DNA from: Tubiluchus corallicola
Lineage: Eukaryota > Animalia > Priapulida
Length of the DNA stretch: 64,000 nt
Direction: 5' to 3'
NCBI GenBank assembly: GCA_030141605.1
Contig: JAQGDQ010000402.1
Location: 147,514 to 211,513 of the forward strand
Of the stretch, positions 1-11,819 are shown piece by piece (position 1 is the stretch's first letter; each line of letters opens with the position of its first letter). The notes beneath the pieces were generated by a model. It had not been told where the DNA came from. It ran no database searches and saw nothing but the letters and a program-made list of their open reading frames with translations. Made by a program: the position numbers and the translations under genes.

Positions 1-3000
1 GCATGCTTTAAAAATTTGCTCTACATCCAACTTCTCAGAGCGGCAAATCCACGCCTCCCTCACCTGCCAAAAAAACTTGGCGATACTACTACTCAGTGCG
101 TTATTCCGTGCATTATCCTGGTAAGTTTAAACTACCTGGGTGTGGCGATAATGAAGTGCGATTACATTACCGTGTTTGCAATATACTATTCTTTTCTCGA
201 ATTATGGTTTGACTGATTACTGATCCAAATACTGACCCAAATTGGACTAGATCAGAAGATCTATTCCCTATAATATTCACTATGGCATAAAAAACTGTCT
301 TTTTAATTTAGTTTCAAATGTTATTGAAAGTACTGAATTTGGCACTGTGAATATTGCATTTGAATATACAGCATATGAACTCAGAACTAAAAATTTGAAG
401 CCCAGTTAGCGTCTATGACTTCACATTTCAGCAGTGATCCGGAAATCCTTCCGGATTCATCCTGTGGACGTTGCTTTTTCCCTCTTTGTATCTTGTTTTC
501 CTAGTCAAAATATGCCACCGTCAGGATGAGTAAAGTCTCAACAAAATCTTGCTGAGAAAGTTCGGTGCTCTGGCCTGGAAATATGATATATTGGTGTTTC
601 TTTTTGGTTCCTCTGGCAGTTTGGCACTGTGACTCAGAATTAGCGGGATATAACTTTTAAACTTTTCTTTATTTGCTTCGTTCCTCCTGTATATTATTAA
701 AAAAAGTGATATTAATTGTAACTTCGCGGCACTAAAATTTCTCTTGACCAATTTCATATCATTTTAAACTTTTTTGTGGGTACCAAATGAATTGCAACAA
801 GAATATCTCTTACTTCTTAGCAAACATACCAGTGACACCACAAACTAGCAAAATGAATTTCTGTACGTGTTTAAAAAACTCTTGACGAAATGTGGCGAGT
901 ATGGTGGAGTATCCCAAATTTTCTGTGCCAGAGTTTCCTTTTATCTTTAACAAACTTTTTCAATTGAAGTTTTCCCCTGTCAAATTTACTTTTATTGCAA
1001 GTACTGTTGGATGAAACTAATGTTGCAATGTTGCATAAGCAAACAATTTACGGCACCTGCCCGCGATAACAAAACTGATGTATATTGTAGGTAACTTTCT
1101 ATATAAATTATTTTCGTGTTTATCTATCATAAAATCGCTGCGTTTTCTTCGTAACTAGGACGCCCTGTACTGTACAAAACCATGCCGATCGATTTTGGAT
1201 TAGCAAAATACGATTGTAGATCAAATAACTACGATAGGACAAGAAATTCGGCAACTCAGTATTGCTGTATTTTGCTGCAGTATTTGCTATTTCTGAATGA
1301 CTTTATATCTTGACGTGCAATGCAAATACCTTATAAACTTTATGGATCTGCCCAGGTTATTAGAGGAATTAATTGAATTCTGAATGCCACGTGTTATGAA
1401 CGGTGGCTATGCGTGCAACTAATCCGATATTTCACTCAGTACTGAAAGTGGATTAAATTTTTTAGGTAGAAGATTTTGTAGGTTAAACAGCTTTTTAGCG
1501 GGTGTTAATGATTTGGGCGGATCCGGTCTTGATGGTTGCTACCTGTCTAGACCACACAAAAGGTTCTCTGCGGGGTTTCAACCCTTCAAACACCTGTTCT
1601 GAGTGATATTCTGAGTACAAGCAGGTACTGTATCTGAATTTAATTTGCCTGGCATGTTACCAAAAATTTGTCTGGGCTAGGTGTTTTCTAACGCGTACTG
1701 TACGTATTAATTGTTTATTTTCTGATTTGGTTGACGGATCTAAACAGTAAATTCGATTTGTCGAGTGCAAAAACGCGACTAGGAGAAGATCTGTAATAAC
1801 TAGCTTTTCCTTGGAAACTTAATTATGATGGATGACTGACACGTCTCCTTTGGTTTGCTTCACCTTCATTTAACATCGGTTTTTCCGTGATAAGTAGTTT
1901 AGCCGTTGCCAAGAATAAAAACTATTACAGTTGTGTATGGGATCAGTCAATATGGAGTGCCGAAACAATGTTAAAATCTATAGCTAGACTATAGTTTGCT
2001 TAGGTAAGTCAATAAATTTTATTTTGCGACATGTAAACATTATCTATTAATGCTGATTTTGAAATTGAAATATCTGTCAGATTGCCAAGTGCTACACAAA
2101 GTCGGAATGACAACTAACTATTATAAGCATACAAGCCAGCAACTAGCAGCAAAAAAGTCAGCTATAGGAAACAGCCGTGAAAAAAAATATGATAGTAAAA
2201 GAAATCAAATCATGGGCATCAAATCGTTCTGTAGCAAATAGTGTATAGATTACGATCCGTTTTTTCTACCTAATTCTAAATACTCGGTAAGTTAATTTCG
2301 TGTTCATATACGTTGTACACAGACAGAAAGGTTATTATTGGTCTGATAAGGTCTGCTATCCCGCGCCTCCCGATCCATATTATGTGATAAACAGCACAAT
2401 GCAGTAAATTGTTTTGCAACCTTACCGTCATCATCATAGCCATTTTTTACTTAGGCTCATTTTCAAGGTAATAATAGAGTTTTAGCTGGCTTTTTAGCGA
2501 TTTAGTGGCGCCAGGGGTCCATGCTTCACCATTCCAGGTAATAATTTCTCCTCGTCACAATGCACACAGTACAACCGAAGTGTGCCGCGGCCATCTCGTA
2601 AAGACTATCTCGTTGAAAGTTGGTTTAGCTGGTTATATGACATAGCTTATGGCTATACTGCCTCTACTGTAATTTACTAGTAAATGTTCATTGTCAGTCG
2701 GTTAGCATTGGATTAACTCAGTGCCCTACAGTCAGTTAACTCTGCTGCGCATTTGGGACGAGTTTCTTATCTGCGTCTTATTTTCTTCCTTTCTTGGCTG
2801 AGTTCGCATCTCTTCAATTAGGTTAGAAGTTTGTGGGCTGGTTGAATGCTTTCCACACCATTCAAAAGTGTTCGTTCTCAGTGTACTGCAAATACACAAT
2901 TACGCATTTACACATTCGCTGAAAATGTTTTTAAAATGCGTATTTTCAGAACTTTGTCGCCAAAAACGAATCAATTTCCTTGCTTTTTCTAGTTTCTGGA

Positions 3001-3347
3001 AGGGGGCGGTAAAGGTAAATTGCTTCAACATACCGTAAGAACTGAGAATTTTTCATAAAACGTAGAATCTACCAGGGTCAAATGCCGCCACTCGGGAAAA
3101 AATCTTTGCTGCAAATTTCTGCCGCGTTTGTTTGCATGGCGAATTTTGTAGCGATTTACAGTTGCATTTTGATGGCTCGCGCTTCCACGCTGTGGTACTG
3201 CATAATCTGCTTTTTTTCAGTTTTTAGGAGTAATTTTGTTTCCATGGATTGAAATCTCTTATTCAATGAAATACATTGTGGAAGAACTTGTGCACGGGTG
3301 TTTTTATGTGTAGGCCTACTATAGACATCCGATTCTAGGATTCTTCC

Positions 3348-3420
3348 GTTGTTGTTGTTGCAGTTGTTATTATTGTTGTTGTTGTTGTTGTTGTTGTTAT
3401 TGTTGTCGTTCTTCTTGTTG
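3348..3420. repeat. Imperfect (GTT)n/(ATT) microsatellite
   Basis: Directly visible gttgttgtt run with ttattatt interruptions; it produces the poly-N ORF 3156..3497(-). Confidence 0.95.
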
Positions 3421-5087
3421 TGCATGTTCTTGATAAGTTTTTGATTCGTTTTAATTGCCAGCTTCTTTATGTGAGGATAATGTAATGTCACTGTCATTTC
3501 GAAGCTGAACTGTCATGGCGGATTGCTTTCTTCACGCTTGTTGTGAACTGGTTTCTTTGACGACTTTTAATCAAAATTTGTAAATGAAGAACTTGAATGG
3601 TGCTGTGATTGGCTTGTCCTCTGAATTCTGGTGAAGGAGAACTCTGTTTTACGTGTTACTCCAAATTTCAATTCCGTGGAAGCCATTTTAACCCGTCTCG
3701 TTTGGCAAATATTTGTCCGTGCCAATCTATCCTAAATTAAACTAAATTACTCGGCAAATATCATTTGTAGTTCCATACACGTATTACTTGCCAATAGTTC
3801 CATTGCATGTTGAGAAATTGGCTTTGGCTGCTTGTTTCTTCTACGCGCATTAAAATTTTAGAAGCTGTAAAATGGCACCTTGTTTTACGAGTGTAAACAG
3901 TAGCCGAGAAAAGTTGTTCCAGCGCAAATAGTGCAGGTAGAAATTGAACAAAGAATGTTTGCTGTGTTCGAATTTAGACTTGTATCAAATGTGGGAGCGA
4001 AATTGCATGGTCAAGTAAGGCCGCGAGCAAGGAGAGTCAGACGTGTATTATTTTCATTTGTATGACTTGCACGCCGCACAATTCACAGTACATGCGAGCA
4101 TCACTACAAACTCACTTGGTTCAGACAAAAAGCAACAACAAAATTTATCCATGTCATCTCTTGACCAGTAGTTTGACCGTTTCTGTTCCATTTTTCCATC
4201 TGCGAAATGTATTGCAAACCGTTAAGCTTGATTAGACCAGGCACGTGCTGCCAATACTATATAATATTAGTATAATACATTATTTTGTTCCCCACAATGA
4301 AAACTCTTTCCTATTTGACGAATATGGGTATCTTAACGTATCTGCTTGTGCGTACCGAAAGTTTTCTATTTCCATTTTCCTGCCTAAAGGCTCTCCCTCT
4401 TCCCTCAATCCGGCGAACCCATTCCATGATTCAAAGTAAATGCCCTCCAATATGAGACTACCTGCAACAGCAGTTATGCTTTCACGCCAGAGCAGTAACA
4501 TCTTACAAGTAGGAACCCAATCCGCCTACGCTTATTTTCTTAAAGGAAAGACCAAGCCTTCTGGGAATTTGTGCTTGTTTCAATGTTCTTGAAAAATGTT
4601 ACAAGGATTTAGCAATAAAAGTGTGATAAGCGTCTCGTGTAAGTAGTAAAATCACTTAGAAATCGCGATCGTTTCACACCTGGGCGCTTCAAATTGTAAC
4701 GCCCATTCTTCCGCCAACAATGTCACTCATCTACTGAAGAAAAGCAGCTCACCGTTGATTTCCATCAACAGTACAAAAAGTTTTTACTAAAAAATTTATA
4801 ACTTATTTTGTAATATTTTTGCTTGAACATTAAGTAAGTTGCGGAATTCTGAATTCGTTTAAGCTGCACGCGATTACGGCAGGCCATGATGCACCTAAGA
4901 TAAGTCACGAAATCTACCAGTTACTTCACAGTTTTTTAAGTGAGTGGCGGCTACCACCACGCCTGAAAATTTCTGTCAGTGGTAGTATAAATTCACTTTA
5001 TTTTTGCATATTTCTTTTATTATATTTTTCAAATTTCAGCGATAACAGTAAAATAAACTGAACATGCTGAGTGACTTGTCCTTTCTT

Positions 5088-5553
<466 letters not shown>

Positions 5554-6354
5554 AAGTAACTCCAGAACGCTAAAAGCAGCTAAAACAGTCAAATAACCTC
5601 TTCATCGACAACAATCTTTGCTTGACAACATTGCACCTAGGCACCACCCGAAACAATAGCCAAATTTGTCGTACGCGTCCTATTTGAAAATACTGTATAG
5701 TCATTTTTCGACACGTCATGCTAACAGTGCTTGGTTGATTCATGAAATAATCTCTAGATTAATTACTAATACTGCGCCATGGAGCTGAAGTTTTTTCACC
5801 AAATAGCTTTACACCTGAGCGCATGGCATGTCACTGACAGATACATTCATAATCCGAAATAGCATTATTATCTCTGTTGGCTTGTTTTTCTGTTTGTGCG
5901 ATACGGAACATTACCTGCATCATGCACTATTCTGACGACAGAATTTATCAGCGACGATCGTAATAATAACCCCTCCGCCATTTGCTTGATGGTGTTGAGT
6001 GTATATATACATTATATTCCGTTGTGCGCAGCTTGCAACTCCCGTTTTCGAATGTAAAATGATGTTAAAAGTGGGTAATTTTTCCGACAAATAGAAAGTG
6101 TGTTGATAGGAATTAAATTGCCCAGAGAAGTGAATCTTATACGTTACACTGTCATCTTGTTCCTGTTAGCATGTAATGATAAAACGGCATTTGCAACATG
6201 CACCTTTGCATTGGCGCTTTTTCTGTTATTGGACCTTGAAGGAAAATCTTCACGCTAACGAGTTCCATGAGAGTGAGGGCCATTGAACATTGTCTAGTAA
6301 AATAAATTAACTTCCAATAATTCGTGAAAAAATAAATACATAGTATAATTTAGA

Positions 6355-6445
6355 GACGGTGTTTGTAGCCGAGTGGCCTCACCTGTGCTTCGCAACCGAA
6401 GTTTAGCAGTGTCAAGGCTGCTTAGCGAATGAATGGGAGACTTCT
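6355..6445 (+). mobile_element. Repeat head with tRNA-like A box followed by 5S rRNA-like internal control region (copy A)
   Basis: TAGCCGAGTGG at 6366. Segment 6396..6441 (ccgaagtttagcagtgtcaaggctgcttagcgaatgaatgggagac) aligns ungapped at 33/46 to the recalled vertebrate 5S segment cggaagctaagcagggtcgggcctggttagtacttggatgggagac. Confidence 0.6.
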
Positions 6446-8689
6446 TCACTCACTCGCTGTGGGAGGTTTTCATTTTCCGTGCGGATTCTAGCTGTTTTTC
6501 TCGTAGAGGGCAAATGTGTATATTTACTTTGACCCAGCCTCCTCTTCAGATTTGACAGTTTTTGAAAAAGTACAATCAGCTTGCATTTTGGCACCAAGAT
6601 TAACCATGTATTTTATGTTGTCCTTTTTGGACCCTTTGGGGTACCTCTTGCTGCCCCACCCCCATACGCCCAGCAGCTCCTTGTAAGACGGGCAATTTTA
6701 TGAATACAGAGCCTTGTGCTAAACATCTGGTACCCTATCTTTTGTACTTTATCATGTGTTTATTTCTCGGGCTCTTGGACTGTTAGCTTTTATCTCTTCT
6801 TCTTAACCATTTCATAATTTTGTTTAACGTTTTTGTTGGTACATCCGTTGTTGTGTTTGTGCTGCGTGAATAACTGGACCCAGCTTGCCGAATATTAAAC
6901 TGTTACCAAGTTTTAATCAGAAAGTTTGTTGTCTCTGTGTATACCTTTACATTGTAAGTCAGATCGTATCAGCCAGCTTAAATACAAGTCATGTTTGAAC
7001 TGCCCACTTTAAGGTTTGTACATGTCCTAGCGGCGTCCAAAATTATTTGCTTGGTCATGTTGACAGCAGCTGACCTCTCCCAAAATGTCCATTAATATGC
7101 TTTATCAGGTATGCACAAGTGGACAGTTTTGAGTTCAGTTGATTTCATATGCAGTGCTGGTGTGGCGCATGTAGGCCTACTATAATTGTGCTGAGAATTG
7201 GCATTGATTTCTCTTTGGTAGGATACTCCATCGGGCATCCTGTGCCCACTTCTCAGCTGTGCTGCAGAGAGCACGTGTTTTTGATATCTGGAGTTTGGAT
7301 GCGTAAGCTCTTTAACGGAAATCTGTATTACCTATTTTAGTTACTATTGTTTATGAATTAGTTAATAGATTATCACCGGGTTTGGTATCTGGCGTTTTTA
7401 TTGAAAACTCAAATTTCTGTATTTTACAATTTAATTAGTTACTAGTGCTTTGTTACTATAGTAAAGAGATTATCATTGGGTTTACAGAATGTTCCGTAGT
7501 TTTTTCTGCATCAATTTAAATTCATTATAATATCTTTTTTTGTATTTGACGTACATATTTTTGTAGCTAAAGTTTATTCAACCCAACTACTTTGAAAACT
7601 AAGCCTTTCAGTTTCTATGCCACATGTACATCTACTCTTAAAGACCTACCTCAGCGGTATTCGCCTAAACTATGCACGCATTCATTATGTAGACAAATTA
7701 TTTTCTTTAAAATCCCATGATTCCACTAATCTGAGATAATCGTTAATGTATGTAAATGCTTCATTTCTGTCTTATATGTTGGCGAGTAGCAGCTTGTATA
7801 TAGCGGACAACAAATGTGTAAAATATTTGCATATTGCAGGGATTCCTTGAAAGGAATAACGTGGCTAAATAAACCCACATAGCTAAATAAAACTATCATA
7901 TAAATAGTAAACAGTTTGACACGCATGACATACATAAGTAAAGAAAGCACGCAACTCAGACTACAGGTAGGCCTACGAGCCTCTTCGACCTTAATCTTCA
8001 CACTAGGTACAGTACTTCGAGGCTTAACTTGCACGAAGGATTGGCAACATGAGCTTATGTGATTTTCTTCCTACTTAGGTAAACAAAATTACCCCGTTCT
8101 AGTGTTAGGCTTACTGCAATAGCTGTGTCAAAGGTCACTCGCATATGCATACGATGCCCGGATATGAACTTGAACCATATAAGCATCATGCATTGCACGT
8201 TGCTATTCATATTTAATTAGAGCTATATGATGTATAATTTAACCACCTGTCTATTGATCTGATGCGGCATATATACGCATTTCATGTTCAAGCACTTATA
8301 CGGGTTATTCTGTCAAGTGTTGTCATTCTCATATCGGGATGTGCAAAAACCAAGTTACGGTAAAATGTCACACTCAATGATTTAACACTTAAAGACAGGA
8401 GGACAGACGCATACGTTTTAACACAATTGATACTGCAAAAGCATTTCTGATAATTAAATAATGGATTAAAAACTTAATTAACGGCGGGCGACCCTAACTA
8501 TTGATGTCATTACAAGCTAACATAATTTTCAACAGACAGCAAAAATATTCCACGTGTTTGCGAAAGCGAAAATTGAAGTACAGTACTACAGTACACTGAG
8601 GTGTTCAGTGTTTTGTACTAAAACTAGGAAAGTTTTCAGATAAAAATTCAAATTTCAGATTTACCGCTGTGCTCACGCATGAGCTGTCG

Positions 8690-8875
8690 AACGTGTGTAG
8701 TTCATCTCAAACTAACACATCTGAACTGATCTGAACAGCACCTGTTTTGGTGTACTGAGTTTCCGAAATGTAGGTGCTAATGCCCGTCTAACTAGCGAAT
8801 GGCGAAATGATTGTAACAGCGAAGGACTAGTGGTGGAAACGTGAAATTGTGTTTGTGTGGTAATAGTTTTTTCAC
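8690..8875 (+). other. Candidate non-coding first (5' UTR) exon of dystroglycan
   Basis: Ends in a strong donor CAC|gtaagt at 8875/8876. The coding exon at 18149 has an acceptor that needs an upstream donor (or an SL trans-splice). The start boundary is a guess. Confidence 0.25.
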
Positions 8876-9789
8876 GTAAGTAATTTTTAAAAAATAGTAT
8901 GTTTCCTTTCAATATTTAAAAGAGTAGATTTTTTTGACCTACACTTTAAGATTGGGTCTGGTTTTGCTTTAGCTGCATTTTTGTGATTCGATCAGTATAT
9001 TTCTGCAGCACTGCTTCTTTGTGTAATATCCCTAGACTAGCTTTACGTGGATCAGCATTAACTGTAGCTATTGTCCACTTATTTCTTGAATTTCTCTCCC
9101 CTGGCGTTCATTTTAATTTTTATGAGTTCATCTGATTTACAGTTCGTACTACCTATCGTAATTACTGTAATTAACTCATCTCAGGTGTTACGGTTGATGC
9201 ACTTCAGATTGCGTAACAACCTGCAAACCGTTCAGACCTGCAAATTTATTGTTCAGGTAAAATGAATTCCCGCCTCCATGCTGTTTTTCTGACACGCTCA
9301 GTGTTTTTCTACAAACGCACCTGCATGCATGGTTTTATCAGTCGAGTACGTGCATTCTGGAACGTTTTCGATGCTTATCAATAATTTGTTGAACTCTGAT
9401 GCAACGGCGTGAACTTGCTCATTGAGAAAGAGAGAAAGAACACGTGTCAGCGATAGCGTACAGCTATTGTGTATTCACTGTAAGAGATGCTGTTCATTTA
9501 GTTTGAAAGGGTTTAAGATCTTGCAGTCTCGTGAAGGCTTCCCATGTCGTCTTGCATTCTCGAGTGAAATTTCCTGTGGGAGGTGCAAGTGAAGTCCGTC
9601 CAACGCTGAACATTTATTTTTCTCATTATATGTTCCAAATTAATGCCAAATGCGTGGGCGTGGCTTAAACTAAGTATTTCAACTTTATAGTCGTATGTCG
9701 GCTCTGTTATAAAATCTGTCTTTATAAGTGCATGTTAGTAGTATGCTTTCGTCGCTTCTGCAGCACAAAATTTTCATTCTCGATGATAT

Positions 9790-10300
9790 TCAATTCAATT
9801 CACACTTTTATTGCCAGACTTAAAATCCATATAAAACGTACGTATAAACTAAATAAAATGTGTGTGAGACATTAAGACTGCATTTTAAAACAAGACTAAA
9901 ATTATTGAAATTACAATAAAACAGACCACACAACTACAAAAACACACATACAGCAGGCTACACTATTTACAAAATTATATACAAAAGACAATGCGCGCGA
10001 AATTAATTGATACAATAAATTAATACATATTTTGACCCTCATTAGTATAAAGGCATTACATATATATGGCGGTGTGTGCGTCGCATATTAACTGCAGTAA
10101 AACTCATTACACACATGAGTGGATATTCTACATTACCATTATTATCGCCATCTGCTTGATAGGAAACAATATAACGAAATGGCGCATAATGGTTTAAGCG
10201 TATATTAAACTTGAAATTCACCTGCCTCATAATGAGTGCTTCGCCAGGAGCACATTGGATTTTATAACCCTGCATTAACATGCTGCGTGGACATATTTGG
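9790..10300 (-). mobile_element. Possible decayed LINE 3' end
   Basis: The minus strand ends AATAAAagtgtgaattgaattgaat, a short-repeat tail typical of CR1/L2. The upstream frame (SMLMQGY..EALIMRQVNFKFNIRL) only weakly resembles LINE ORF2 C-termini. Confidence 0.3.
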
Positions 10301-11629
10301 TATTAATGATTATGGTCTTATATTATACGGTGACGATATTTTAATAATTTTTGTATGTAAATCTTACAGGAGTACGGCCAGCAAAATTGTAAGGAAAATG
10401 ACTATATTTCAATTTTACTGCATGCAGCATAGTTTCACACGTGTATATAATTACTATATTGTAGATTGGTTAACACGTAAGTTGTAGAGGTGAATGCTAG
10501 CTTTGATTATCTACATACAATCATGTCTGCCTAATAGCATTCAGTTTTTCATAAATTTCGATGTATGTGCACACAATATATGGTTCGCCGTTTGATGTCA
10601 CTTAAAAGAGATGTTTAGACTAGCATAATACAAGTAATTAACTTGTTGTGTAGGCGGAGCTTTTCTAAATGGATTTTTTTTAGATTTTGAACTACACTAT
10701 ACTTTTGCCTGGCGGCCAAAAAGAAAGGTACAATTAAAATAACGGTAAGCTGCCAGTAATCAATAACGAGCGATTTTTTTTGCAATGTAAGTTGCTATAA
10801 ATTCTATAAGTTCATATGTAGCCAATTTTCAGCCGTGTTAGGAAAAATATGATGTTATGTAAAAGAGATCGCTGATATTTGGTATTTAACAGTGAAATGT
10901 TTTGTTATGCGATTAAATTTTTGGTATCATGCATAATCATAACAGCACATCCGGTAAACCATTTTAAGCTTATCCTGTATTAGGTTTAAGCACTGTTGAT
11001 GTGCATTCATTGGCGAAAAGGCTCAAGCCCACACACAGGTATACCTGACAAATAAAGGCTTGTATGTCTTCGAGTATACTACAAAGCAAGGTTACAAGGT
11101 ACACCATGCATGTCAACATGACATGCGAAAATCAGAACGAGATCGTGTTATGAACTTTGCATATCATGTATGAGCTACATGGCTATAATTGGCAACACTG
11201 ATTTGGCTCGTGCACAGAGAGCCATGCAAAAGTTATTTTTGTTCTTTCCTCATTCTTTACACTCTGCAGTCACTTCTTTGCTATAAACTTTAACTGCTGC
11301 TTGATGAACTGGTTCTATAGTTGTATATGTTTTCTGCTCTATACATTTTATTCAATACGTTGTTATTCGCGTACCTTGCAAATACGTAAATACATGCACG
11401 TCTTCATTTTAGGATTAATAAAAATAAAAATATAATAGCATGTTTTACTTGTCTGGCGGCTTTTGTCACATTGCCTTAGAATATGATATCACTATTCTAT
11501 ACAGCATTTCGTATAGAATCTTCATATCATATCAGTCTTCAAAATATATAACTATAAATTGACTGACATAACAGAGATTGCTGACCTGTTAACTCTTTTA
11601 TTAACTCTTTTATGTCTATTTAGTTGATT

Positions 11630-11783
11630 AGTCACTAACCAGACTGAAAGAGAAAACTATACAGAGGTTTCTGCGGGTAAAACAGCCCTGGATATTGACC
11701 TTCCCCAGCTGTTACTAGCTTTGAGATACTACGCACTTGTCATCCGTTACTGTGAAGTAACGGAAGCCAGTCTGGCTTCGGTA

Positions 11784-11787
<4 letters not shown>
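11630..11787. mobile_element. Small MITE-like element with imperfect TIRs
   Basis: Left end agtcactaaccagactg versus reverse complement of the right end agtctaccgaagccagactg. Internal hairpin tccgttac-tgtgaa-gtaacgga. Confidence 0.45.

Positions 11788-11817
<30 letters not shown>
11786..11817. repeat. (CT)16 microsatellite
   Basis: Perfect dinucleotide run. Confidence 0.98.

Positions 11818-11819
<2 letters not shown>

Noticed and set aside
3156-3497. 113-aa poly-Asn ORF as an intact gene
   Set aside because: Driven by a (GTT)n repeat; no recognisable domain, and neighbouring frames are full of stops.
6396-6441. Functional 5S rRNA gene
   Set aside because: Only the central/3' part is similar, about 28% diverged, with no 5S 5' end or terminator; treated as a repeat head.
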